Position numbers and translations under genes: made by a program. This document shows positions 54,296 through 64,000 of a DNA stretch of 64,000 bases, piece by piece. Position 1 is the stretch's first letter. Each line of letters opens with the position of its first letter. The DNA comes from an uncultured Flavobacteriales bacterium. GTDB taxonomy: Bacteria > Bacteroidota > Bacteroidia > Flavobacteriales > UBA1820. Location: assembly GCA_959608625.1 (NCBI GenBank), contig CAUHQV010000004.1, forward strand, positions 6,503-70,502, read 5' to 3'. The notes below the pieces were generated by a model. That model saw nothing but the letters and a program-made list of their open reading frames with translations. It was not told the DNA's origin and ran no database searches.

Positions 54296-55117
54296 ATGGA
54301 AAAAGAACTTCGTAGCACGATAGAACGCGTATGGGCCGAACGTGCTTTGCTAAAAGAAGCGGACGTGCAGTCATCCATCCGGCAGGTGGTAGACCTGCTC
54401 GACAGCGGGCAGCTGCGTGTCGCACAACCTATGGCCGACGGAACGTGGCAGGTGAACGAATGGGTGAAAAAAGCGGTCGTGCTGTATTTTCCCAGCCAGC
54501 CAATGGAAACCCTGACCGCCGGGCCGCTGGAATGGAACGATAAGATACCGCTAAAAATAGGATACGCCGCCCGCGGAGTGCGCAGCGTGCCGGGGGCTAT
54601 TGCCCGCTATGGCTCGTACATCGCCCCGGGGGTGATCCTGATGCCTTCCTATGTGAATATCGGCGCCTATGTCGACGAAGGGACGATGGTCGATACCTGG
54701 GCTACGGTAGGTTCGTGCGCGCAGATTGGCCGCCAGGTACACCTTTCCGGCGGAGTGGGGATAGGAGGAGTATTGGAACCTCTTCAGGCAGCACCCGTCA
54801 TTATCGAAGACCATGTGTTCGTCGGTTCGCGCTGCATCGTGGTGGAAGGCTGCCATGTGGGCTCCCAAGCCGTGCTTGGCGCGGGAGTGGTGCTCACCGG
54901 CTCGACGAAGATCATAGACGTGACCTCTGCCGAACGGAAACAGTACGTGGGTTATGTACCGCCCCGCAGCGTGGTGATCCCCGGATCGTTCAAAAAACAG
55001 TATCCGGCCGGGGAGTTCAGCGTACCCTGCGCTCTGATCATCGGCCAGCGGAAAGAAAGCACCGACAAGAAGACCTCGCTTAATGATGCCCTCAGGGAAT
55101 ACGACGTGGCCGGCTAA
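54296..55117 (+). CDS. dapD: 2,3,4,5-tetrahydropyridine-2,6-dicarboxylate N-succinyltransferase
   Basis: 273 aa with left-handed beta-helix hexapeptide repeats (GAYVDEGTMVDTWATVGSCAQIG...) and a DapD-type N-terminus. Confidence 0.9.
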   Translation: MEKELRSTIERVWAERALLKEADVQSSIRQVVDLLDSGQLRVAQPMADGTWQVNEWVKKAVVLYFPSQPMETLTAGPLEWNDKIPLKIGYAARGVRSVPGAIARYGSYIAPGVILMPSYVNIGAYVDEGTMVDTWATVGSCAQIGRQVHLSGGVGIGGVLEPLQAAPVIIEDHVFVGSRCIVVEGCHVGSQAVLGAGVVLTGSTKIIDVTSAERKQYVGYVPPRSVVIPGSFKKQYPAGEFSVPCALIIGQRKESTDKKTSLNDALREYDVAG

Positions 55118-55144
55118 TGGTTTCGCATAAATGGCAATAATATA

Positions 55145-55176
55145 AAAGCGGCCCGGAGATTTCTCCGGGCCGCTTT
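55145..55176. terminator. bidirectional intrinsic terminator between dapD and tsaE
   Basis: aaagcggcccggag attt ctccgggccgcttt. Confidence 0.65.
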
Positions 55177-55197
55177 ATAGGTAAATCGGGATGAATG

Positions 55198-55623
55198 TCA
55201 TTTCACAAAAAGGGCGATATCGCGGCCCTGGGGGGTCTTGCGGATCTCGATAACTACGGCGCTCTCCGGCAATAGTCCCCGCATTTTTTCGCCCCATTCC
55301 ACCAGGCACAGGGCCCCACCGTAGAAGTATTCCTCGTAGCCCATGTCGTAGGCCTCCCGCGGGTCGTCGATGCGGTAGAAATCGAAGTGATAGATAGGGG
55401 AACCGTCCTTTTTCAGGTATTGGTTGACGATGGAAAAAGTAGGAGAGGTCGCCGTATCGTCCGAGCCCAGCAGGCGCACCAGTTGTTTTATCAGCGTGGT
55501 CTTCCCGGCTCCCATTTCCCCTTCCAGCATGACCGCGCCCGAGGTGATGTACGGCGCTATTTCCGCGGCTATCCGGGGCATTTCCTCTTCCTTGATATCC
55601 TTGAAAGACAACACTGCTGCCAT
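55198..55623 (-). CDS. tsaE: tRNA t6A37 threonylcarbamoyltransferase complex ATPase subunit TsaE
   Basis: Start at MAAVLSF (55623); P-loop GEMGAGKTTLIK, SPTFSIVNQY and HFDFYR motifs. Confidence 0.85.
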   Translation of the reverse strand: MAAVLSFKDIKEEEMPRIAAEIAPYITSGAVMLEGEMGAGKTTLIKQLVRLLGSDDTATSPTFSIVNQYLKKDGSPIYHFDFYRIDDPREAYDMGYEEYFYGGALCLVEWGEKMRGLLPESAVVIEIRKTPQGRDIALFVK

Positions 55624-55698
55624 GGCATTTTTATTTAGCTCCCAAATGTACGTCCATTTTTTTGATTGCCCAAAAAAGCCTACTTTTATGGCAGAATT

Positions 55699-56937
55699 AT
55701 GACAAACAAAGCAGACACGCACAACAGGAACATCAACGATCCTGTCTATGGATTCATCCGGATAGACGACCCGCTGATATCGAAGGTTTTGTCCCATCCT
55801 TATATGCAGCGTTTACGGCGCATTACCCAGATCGGGCTTTCGTCCCTGGTCTATCCGGGGGCCGTACACAACCGTTTCACGCATTCGATCGGGGCGATGC
55901 ACCTGATGGGGCGGGCTATTGCGACCCTGCGGGAAAAGGGCTTCGAAATATCTCCCGAGGAAGCTACGGCCGCTAAAATAGCCATCCTGCTGCACGACGT
56001 AGGACATGCACCGTTTTCCCATACGCTGGAGAGAGAACTGCTGGACGGAATATCCCACGAGGATGTTTCGCTGGCGGTATTGGGACTATTGCGCAAAGAG
56101 ATGCCGGGGCCGGTGATGGATATGGCGGCGCAGATTTTCCGGGGAGAGTACCCGAAACGCTACCTGCACAGCCTGATATCTTCCCAGCTCGATATGGACC
56201 GCTTGGATTACCTGAACCGGGACAGTTTCTTTTCCGGGGCTTCCGAGGGCATCGTGAGCCACGAGCGTATCATCGCTATGCTGGATGTGGCGGACGGGGA
56301 TATCGTTTTCGATGAAAAAGGGCTTTATTCTGTCGAGAAATTCGTGATCGCACGGCGTATGATGTACTGGCAGGTATACCTGCACAAGACCGTCTTGGCC
56401 GCCGACGTGCTGGTGGAAGGGATCGTACGGCGGGCGAAAGAACTCCTGGCCCAGGGAAAGGACACTCCCGTACACGAGCCGCTGCGCTCCCTGCTGGCCT
56501 CGAAGACCGGCTGCCGGGGACTGACCCTGGAGTATATGGAACGATATATGGCTGTGGACGAGTCGGATATGTGGTGCGTGTTCAAACAGTGGAAGGCCAG
56601 CGACGATTTTATCCTGTCTTTCCTGTGCGATGCCATTTGCAGCCGGCATTTGTTCTCGGCCAAGCTCTCGGACCGTCCGCTGGGTGAAGCCGAAGTCTCG
56701 CGCATTCAGCATGCGATCCGGGAAAAATACGGTCTGGGGGATGACCTGCTGGGCTACTTGTTTACCGAACGGCGGATAGACAACCATGTGTACCGCCCCC
56801 GGGAGGACAATATCCGGATACGGCTGCGGGACGGCAGCGTACACAATATTACCGAAGTGTCCGAGCAGATCAACTTCACCACCGACAAGACGGAAACGAA
56901 ATACTTGATCACCTATCCGAAAGAATTCAGGGAATAA
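55699..56937 (+). CDS. HD-domain phosphohydrolase (dNTPase-like)
   Basis: NRFTHSIGAMHL, LLHDVGHAPFSH and DMDRLDYLNRD motifs. The ATG at 55699 is preferred over the upstream TTG. Confidence 0.85.
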   Translation: MTNKADTHNRNINDPVYGFIRIDDPLISKVLSHPYMQRLRRITQIGLSSLVYPGAVHNRFTHSIGAMHLMGRAIATLREKGFEISPEEATAAKIAILLHDVGHAPFSHTLERELLDGISHEDVSLAVLGLLRKEMPGPVMDMAAQIFRGEYPKRYLHSLISSQLDMDRLDYLNRDSFFSGASEGIVSHERIIAMLDVADGDIVFDEKGLYSVEKFVIARRMMYWQVYLHKTVLAADVLVEGIVRRAKELLAQGKDTPVHEPLRSLLASKTGCRGLTLEYMERYMAVDESDMWCVFKQWKASDDFILSFLCDAICSRHLFSAKLSDRPLGEAEVSRIQHAIREKYGLGDDLLGYLFTERRIDNHVYRPREDNIRIRLRDGSVHNITEVSEQINFTTDKTETKYLITYPKEFRE

Positions 56938-57479
56938 TGGCTTTAGAGTTACCGAAGACAGAGATCCGGCAAGGGGTGCTTTCCGACCTCGATGAATTGG
57001 AGGGGCTTTACAACGATTTGCACGATCATTTGTCGGCCGGGGAAAATCACCCCGGTTGGATCAAAGGTTTCTACCCGGTGCGCGAAACGGCCGAGAGGGG
57101 CCTTGCGGAAAACAATTTGTATATCGCTTTTGCCAGCAGGCGAATCGCGGGATCCGTCATTCTCAACCACCATACGGAGGAAGCCTATTCTAGGGTAAAA
57201 TGGAGCGTCGATGCGGACGACAGCCAGATACTGGTCGTCCATACCTTTGTGGTGCATCCCGGCTTTTCGGGAAAAGGAGTGGGGCGCAGCCTGCTGGATT
57301 TTTCCGTCCGGCTGGCCCGGAAGGCAGGGATCAAAGCGATCCGGCTGGATGTGTACCGGAAAAACACCCCTGCCATAGGCTTGTACGAAAAGTGCGGCTT
57401 CCGGTATGTCGATACGGTCGATCTAGGGCTGGCCGGGCACGGGCTGGACTTTTTCCGGCTGTATGAGAGAGTATTGTAA
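56937..57479 (+). CDS. GNAT-family N-acetyltransferase
   Basis: Acetyl-CoA motif A VHPGFSGKGVGRSLL and a LYEKCGF motif. The start overlaps the previous stop (TAATG). Confidence 0.85.
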   Translation: MALELPKTEIRQGVLSDLDELEGLYNDLHDHLSAGENHPGWIKGFYPVRETAERGLAENNLYIAFASRRIAGSVILNHHTEEAYSRVKWSVDADDSQILVVHTFVVHPGFSGKGVGRSLLDFSVRLARKAGIKAIRLDVYRKNTPAIGLYEKCGFRYVDTVDLGLAGHGLDFFRLYERVL

Positions 57480-57494
57480 GCAAAGATTGCAATA

Positions 57495-57528
57495 AAAAAG
57501 CGGGAGCTCGAAAGTGCTCCCGCTTTTT
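57495..57528. terminator. bidirectional intrinsic terminator
   Basis: aaaaagcgggagc tcgaaagt gctcccgcttttt. Confidence 0.65.
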
Positions 57529-57543
57529 ATAGGTATACGGCCT

Positions 57544-58686
57544 TTATTTCAATTTCTTGAGGATGGCTGGCGGAACCCCTCCCTTGTTCAGGATCAGGGA
57601 GATTGTTTTGTAGCGCATATAGGCCTCGCTCACGTAATAGATACCGTCGAATCCCCGGCTCGTGCCCCAGGAATTCTTGATGATGTAGTATTTCTTTCCG
57701 TTGGCGTCCTTGGCGATGCCTGTTATGTGCATGCTGTGGTCGTCGACCGTGGAGTAATCGTCGAACGCTTTCTGGCGCATCTGTTCGGTGATCTGTTTTT
57801 CGGGTTTCGGGCCGTCGAACATCAGCGAATCCTCCGTTTCCGGCACGATGACGATACCCAGGGGCACAGAAAATCCTTTTTCCGTCATATCGGCCGCCCA
57901 AATGGCAGTGTAACCGTTTTCCAGGGCATAATCCAGCGTTTGGATCATTTCGTCCAACGGGATGTTGTAATACTTTTCCCAGGACCAGTTGTCCGGCACC
58001 AGAAGGTGTACCTTTTCATAATACGGTTCGTCCGTCCACGAGGTGAGGTAGAGGTAGTCTTCCGGGTGGATGCCTACGACCTTGTCCGCAAAGGAACACG
58101 GGTCGTATTTTTTCCCTTCGAAAGAAAATTCGGCAGGGATATGGCCCAGGTAGCGGTCGAGTATCCCGTCGAATCCTTTCTTCCAGCCGCCCCGGATGGT
58201 TTTAGAGGCAACCACGTCTTTCACGTAGGCGTACAACTCCCGGTCGAGGTCCTTGTGGTTGTCGCGGGTCTCCCCTTCGGGCAGTCCCGGATAAGCCTGC
58301 TGGGGAACGATGCCGTAACGGCGGATGACATCCAGCACGTCGGTGCCTTCTCCGCCGGGGGAAAAGGTCGCGTTGCCGTGCAGGCGCACGTATTTCCGCG
58401 CTTTTTCCTGATAGGTGCGGTATACGACGTACATCTCGGCCAGGTCGACCGGCTTTTTACCCATGCGGAGCATTTCGGATTCCACAAAGGATATCCCGGC
58501 ATAGTCCCAACAAGTGCCCGAAGAGGCCTGATCCTTTACCGGAGTGGCAGGATTGTCCTTTACGACTGTGAAATGGAATTTCTCCTTCCACTGTCGCTGT
58601 TGTGTGCTATCCGGCAACTGCCCGGCCACCAGAAGGGGCAGGATCAGGATGGCGGCCAGCAAGGCGAACAGGTTGTTTTTATACAT
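57544..58686 (-). CDS. secreted C1-family cysteine peptidase (aminopeptidase C / bleomycin-hydrolase-like)
   Basis: Signal peptide, catalytic Cys context DQASSGTCWDYAG, His in DDHSMHITG and Asn in IKNSWG. Confidence 0.85.
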   Translation of the reverse strand: MYKNNLFALLAAILILPLLVAGQLPDSTQQRQWKEKFHFTVVKDNPATPVKDQASSGTCWDYAGISFVESEMLRMGKKPVDLAEMYVVYRTYQEKARKYVRLHGNATFSPGGEGTDVLDVIRRYGIVPQQAYPGLPEGETRDNHKDLDRELYAYVKDVVASKTIRGGWKKGFDGILDRYLGHIPAEFSFEGKKYDPCSFADKVVGIHPEDYLYLTSWTDEPYYEKVHLLVPDNWSWEKYYNIPLDEMIQTLDYALENGYTAIWAADMTEKGFSVPLGIVIVPETEDSLMFDGPKPEKQITEQMRQKAFDDYSTVDDHSMHITGIAKDANGKKYYIIKNSWGTSRGFDGIYYVSEAYMRYKTISLILNKGGVPPAILKKLK

Positions 58687-58713
58687 AGCGGTAGTTTTGG
58701 ATTTGCGCGTATC

Positions 58714-59916
58714 TTACCGGAGCTTTTTCAGGATATCCGAAGGAACGGCGCCTTTGTTCACCACGAAAGAGGTCGTCTTGTAGCGGATATAGGCCTCGCT
58801 CACATAGAGCATACCGCCGTCCCGGCCGCGGGTCTCGCCCCAGGAATTTTTCACGATGTAGAATTTTTTGCCGTTCTGGTCTTTGGCCAGTCCGATGATC
58901 AGCATACCGTGGTCGTCCTGCGTGGAGTAGTCATCGAACCCTTTCTGGCGCATATCCTCGGTGATGGTCTTTTCCGGCTGCGGGCCGTCCAGCATCTTGG
59001 CCGAGGCATCGGCTACCTGTTCCTTCGTGCCGTACATCAGCAGCGAATCGGAAACCTCCGGCACGACGGCTACGCCCAATTTGGTGGAGAATCCCCTTTC
59101 CGATACGTCGGCCGCCCAGGCTACGGTAAAGCCGTTTTCCAGGGCGTTGTCGATAATGGCGATCATGTCGTCCATCGGGACGTTCCAGCATTTTTCCCAG
59201 GCCCAGTTATCCGGCACCAGCAGTTCCGATTTCCGGTAGTATGGGTCGGATTTCCAAGACATGAAATACATGTAATCGTCCGGATGGATACCTACCACTT
59301 TGTCGGCGAAAGTACGGGGCGTGTATTTTTTGCCCTGGAAAGTGAACTCGGTGGGAGGTACGCCCAGATAGCGGTCGAGTATCCCGTCGAACGGTTTTTG
59401 CCAGTCCCCCCGGATCGTGCGGGCGCTTGCCACGCCTTTTATGTAGGCCTCCAAACTCTGATCCAGTTCGTTGTGGGCATTGCGCTTTTCGCCTTCCACC
59501 AGGCCTTCATAGGCTTCCTGCGGAACGATGCCATAGCGGCCAATGACGTTCAGTACGTCGTGGAATTCACCGCCGCCGGCGAAGGTCATGTTCCCGTGCA
59601 GGCGGACGTATTTGCGGGCTTTTTCCTGATATACTTTGTATACAATGAACATTTCAGCCAGGTCGACCGGCTTTTTGCCCATGCGGAGCATTTCAGCCTC
59701 TACAAAGCCTAATCCGGAGTAAGCCCAGCACGTGCTGGACGAAGCCTGGTCTTTTACCGAAGTGACGGGCAGTTTCTTTACGACCGTGAATTGGAATTTA
59801 TCCTTCGAATCCTGGTCTCCGGACTGGGTTTTGGCCACCAGGTTATCCTGGGCAAAGGCGAACGGCCCGATGAGCAGCAGGGCTGCCAGCGCCGTGAAAC
59901 GGGTGATTGAACGCAT
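58714..59916 (-). CDS. secreted C1-family cysteine peptidase, tandem paralogue
   Basis: Signal peptide plus DQASSSTCWAYSG, DDHGMLIIG and VKNSWG. It is colinear with 57544-58686 over most of its length. Confidence 0.85.
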   Translation of the reverse strand: MRSITRFTALAALLLIGPFAFAQDNLVAKTQSGDQDSKDKFQFTVVKKLPVTSVKDQASSSTCWAYSGLGFVEAEMLRMGKKPVDLAEMFIVYKVYQEKARKYVRLHGNMTFAGGGEFHDVLNVIGRYGIVPQEAYEGLVEGEKRNAHNELDQSLEAYIKGVASARTIRGDWQKPFDGILDRYLGVPPTEFTFQGKKYTPRTFADKVVGIHPDDYMYFMSWKSDPYYRKSELLVPDNWAWEKCWNVPMDDMIAIIDNALENGFTVAWAADVSERGFSTKLGVAVVPEVSDSLLMYGTKEQVADASAKMLDGPQPEKTITEDMRQKGFDDYSTQDDHGMLIIGLAKDQNGKKFYIVKNSWGETRGRDGGMLYVSEAYIRYKTTSFVVNKGAVPSDILKKLR

Positions 59917-60095
59917 ATTTTAGATAGTTTAAATTTTAAATGGTATGGGACAAATTTAGGAAAAATGTTTTATGTGCCGACCGTTGTGTGCCGATTCCGG
60001 AAATAAAAGCAATTTATACGCGGTCGGAGCGGAAATTATCGGTGAATATTCGTAACTTGCCCCTCGGTAATCACGACAGAACACTAAGATATAAT

Positions 60096-61331
60096 ATGTC
60101 CTCACTGAAGGAAATCGTCATCATGGCCTGGGACAATGTCAAATCCCAGCGCCTTCGAACCGGTATAACCGCCAGTATCATCGCGATAGGTATTACGGCC
60201 TTGGTGGGTATTCTCACCAGCGTGTCGGCCCTGCGCAGTTCGATGGTGGACAGTTTCAAATCGTTCGGTGCCAATGTGGTCAGCGTATACGGCGGCCGGT
60301 GGGCACCCAAGGAAAACGATCCGAGCGAATGGGTGTACCAGCCCAAGATCGAGTATCGGCACGCCCGGACATTCAAGGAAAAAATGGCCGGTAAAGGCAC
60401 AGTATCCGTGAACGGAACGGCGGCCAGCAATGCCGAGGTACGCAGCGAATACGATAAGACGGATCCTAATATCCGTTTGGTAGCCGCCGACGAGGACTAT
60501 TTCGATATAAGCGGATTTAAGATCGAGAACGGTCGTTTCTTTTCGTCCGACGAGATCGAGAGCGGGGCAAAAGTCGCCGTAGTAGGCCCCGATATCGTAA
60601 AAAAACTTTTCCCTACCGGCAAACCCCTCGGACAGAATATCAGCGTAAACGGTTTGCGCTACAATATAATCGGGGTGGTGCAGAGCAAAGGCTCGACTAT
60701 GGGCATGAGCCAGGACAACCTCGTTTTCATTCCTTTGCAGACCGCACGGACGGATTTTCCGAGTTTTACCTCTTTTACCGTATCCGTCGTCCCTCCGGCA
60801 GGCCTGACAGCGGCCGATGCCGAATTCACTGATAATGTACGAGTGACCATGCGCAATGTGCGGGGCCTTCGCCCTTCGCAGGAGGATAACTTTATCATCC
60901 GCAACAGCCAGGCCGCCCTCGATAATATGGAGGGGATGCTTTCCAACCTGAAAGCGGCTGCTTTGATCATCGGCCTGATCACTATTTTGGGCTCTTCCAT
61001 CGCCCTGATGAACATTATGCTCGTATCCGTAACCGAACGTACACGCGAGATAGGCACATTGAAAGCCATAGGGGCCGACGCCCGCAGCATCACCCTGCAA
61101 TTCCTGATCGAAGCCATCATCATCGGTCAGATCGGAGGCATTATCGGTATTGCGATCGGTATTCTGCTGGGAAATATCGTGTCGCTGGCCATGCATATCA
61201 GTTTTGTATTGCCCGTGACGGAAATGCTCCTCGCATTCGCCATCACGTTCGGGGTGGGGGTTATATCCGGCTATTATCCAGCCCGCAAGGCCTCGCGCCT
61301 GGACCCGATAGAAGCCCTGCGTTACGAATAG
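60096..61331 (+). CDS. ABC transporter permease, MacB/FtsX type (no adjacent ATPase)
   Basis: N-terminal TM helix, MacB-like periplasmic core and a C-terminal FtsX 3-TM domain (ERTREIGTLKAIGA ... SGYYPARKASRLDPIEALRYE). The ATG at 60096 is preferred. Confidence 0.85.
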   Translation: MSSLKEIVIMAWDNVKSQRLRTGITASIIAIGITALVGILTSVSALRSSMVDSFKSFGANVVSVYGGRWAPKENDPSEWVYQPKIEYRHARTFKEKMAGKGTVSVNGTAASNAEVRSEYDKTDPNIRLVAADEDYFDISGFKIENGRFFSSDEIESGAKVAVVGPDIVKKLFPTGKPLGQNISVNGLRYNIIGVVQSKGSTMGMSQDNLVFIPLQTARTDFPSFTSFTVSVVPPAGLTAADAEFTDNVRVTMRNVRGLRPSQEDNFIIRNSQAALDNMEGMLSNLKAAALIIGLITILGSSIALMNIMLVSVTERTREIGTLKAIGADARSITLQFLIEAIIIGQIGGIIGIAIGILLGNIVSLAMHISFVLPVTEMLLAFAITFGVGVISGYYPARKASRLDPIEALRYE

Positions 61332-61348
61332 TTACTATTGGGATCGTT

Positions 61349-61624
61349 ATGACCGACAAAAAATATTTCGGATTCGTAAGTTATTTCGTTTCGTTGGCGT
61401 TGATATGCGCTATCGTATGGCTCTGTGTCGGGATTTGGATCCTGGCTGTGATCCCGCATATCGTGTTCGGAGCGTTTTTCCTGTCGGTCTTTGCCGATAC
61501 GAGTTATATGTACCTGCGCAAGAACATGACCACGGCTAAGTTGAAAAATGCCATTTATTCCAATTTTTCGGCCCTGATGGCCATGGGAGTGATCCTGGCC
61601 ATCCTGTACGTGATATTGCGGTAA
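61349..61624 (+). CDS. small membrane protein (hypothetical)
   Basis: 91-aa ORF with three hydrophobic helices, 17 nt after the permease gene. Confidence 0.45.
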   Translation: MTDKKYFGFVSYFVSLALICAIVWLCVGIWILAVIPHIVFGAFFLSVFADTSYMYLRKNMTTAKLKNAIYSNFSALMAMGVILAILYVILR

Positions 61625-61709
61625 GGGAAAAAGGACGGATAAAAGTCCTTTCAGGAAGGTTCCGGCCGGGAAAAAATTAGTACATTTGCACCAATTATTT
61701 TTTGTATAA

Positions 61710-63341
<1,632 letters not shown>

Positions 63342-63372
63342 GTTTCGAACACCCGATAAAGATAAAATCTAG

Positions 63373-64000
63373 ATGCTGTTAGGACAAAACAACAATTCTT
63401 CGAGTAATTCCAGTTCAACCTGGGTATTTTTACTTTTAGCCGTTCTTTTCGTAGGATATATGTGGTTTACCGCCCCTTCGGCGGAGGAGCAGGCAGCCCA
63501 GCGGGCCGAGGCCGAGCGTATCGCTGCCCAGCAAGCCTCGCAGGAAGTCCAGCAGGAAGCCGCCAAAGTGGATCTGAACGAACTTATCACGGCGGCAGCC
63601 GGCGATACGGTCATTCCGGCGGCGCTCACCGAACGCTATGGGGCTTTCGCATATTCTGCGATGCTTCCTTCTGCGGCCGACGGGGGGAAAACGACCACGA
63701 TAGAGAATGCCTTGCTGCGTATCACGGTGTCCAACCTCGGAGGTGTCCCTTCGGAAGTGACCCTGCTCAATCCGGCGTATAAAACCTATTGGAAAACCCC
63801 GCTGAGCCTTATCAAGGACGGGAATGCCCATCTGAACATGACGTTCCAGACGGCGGATGGAAAGCTGATCAATACGGCCGAGATGTATTTCGAACCGTCG
63901 GTAGAGCACAAAGGCGACACCACTGTCCTGTCGATGCGCCTGAAAGCCTCGGCAGATGCCTATTTGGAATACCGCTATACGCTGCGTCCGAATGAATATA
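63373..64000 (+). CDS. yidC: membrane protein insertase YidC, N-terminal part (3' end outside window)
   Basis: Absent from the ORF track because the frame stays open to the window end. My hand translation from the ATG at 63373 has no stop. It shows an N-terminal TM helix (WVFLLLAVLFVGYMWF), a Q/A/E-rich linker and a periplasmic domain (NALLRITVSNLGG). pyrG-yidC synteny is typical of Bacteroidota. Confidence 0.75.
   Translation, partial: MLLGQNNNSSSNSSSTWVFLLLAVLFVGYMWFTAPSAEEQAAQRAEAERIAAQQASQEVQQEAAKVDLNELITAAAGDTVIPAALTERYGAFAYSAMLPSAADGGKTTTIENALLRITVSNLGGVPSEVTLLNPAYKTYWKTPLSLIKDGNAHLNMTFQTADGKLINTAEMYFEPSVEHKGDTTVLSMRLKASADAYLEYRYTLRPNEY

Noticed and set aside
57514-59712. A 732-aa plus-strand ORF running antisense through both C1 peptidase genes and their spacer.
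   Set aside because: The minus-strand genes carry complete catalytic Cys/His/Asn motifs and signal peptides. The plus-strand translation is low-complexity (H/R/G/V/F-rich) with no motif, so I treat it as a shadow ORF.

Overview
The window reads as a GC-rich Bacteroidota-type chromosomal segment. Supporting signs are TAnnTTTG -7 promoter motifs, lipoprotein signal peptides, a TonB-dependent receptor with a carboxypeptidase-regulatory-like N-terminus, DUF5606-def and pyrG-yidC synteny. A Rikenellaceae/Alistipes-like origin is only a guess. I call about 65 protein genes and 3 tRNAs.

Most of the content is housekeeping: gcvT, split transketolase, copA, def, ruvX, maf, kdsC, miaA, recN, dnaB, mutY, pepD, pldA, lpxK, dnaX, udk, dapD, tsaE, pyrG and yidC. 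I saw no integrase, transposase, CRISPR array, restriction-modification, toxin-antitoxin or other recognisable defence genes. If something novel is here, it is not a classical mobile or defence island.

The items most worth follow-up are:
1. A tightly coupled seven-gene hdrCBA-mvhD-flxCBA-like operon (6539-13076) with no recognisable thiol/disulfide partner nearby.
2. An uncharacterised six-gene envelope module (28820-37223): TonB-dependent receptor, lipoprotein, second outer-membrane barrel, ABC-2-type exporter and a bitopic accessory protein.
3. Two 74-nt near-identical inverted repeats that cover the 5'UTR and signal peptide of two otherwise diverged surface-lipoprotein genes and bracket a 6.3-kb housekeeping block. 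This may be an inversion or gene-conversion substrate.
4. dnaX split at an A10 run, with the tau-specific C-terminus in the -1 frame.
5. A stand-alone CAU-anticodon tRNA with a non-canonical T-loop.
6. A promoter-to-terminator unit of about 220 nt upstream of dnaB.

All family assignments come from motif recognition by eye and memory. No searches were run. The many long ORFs antisense to clear genes are treated as GC-driven shadow ORFs.
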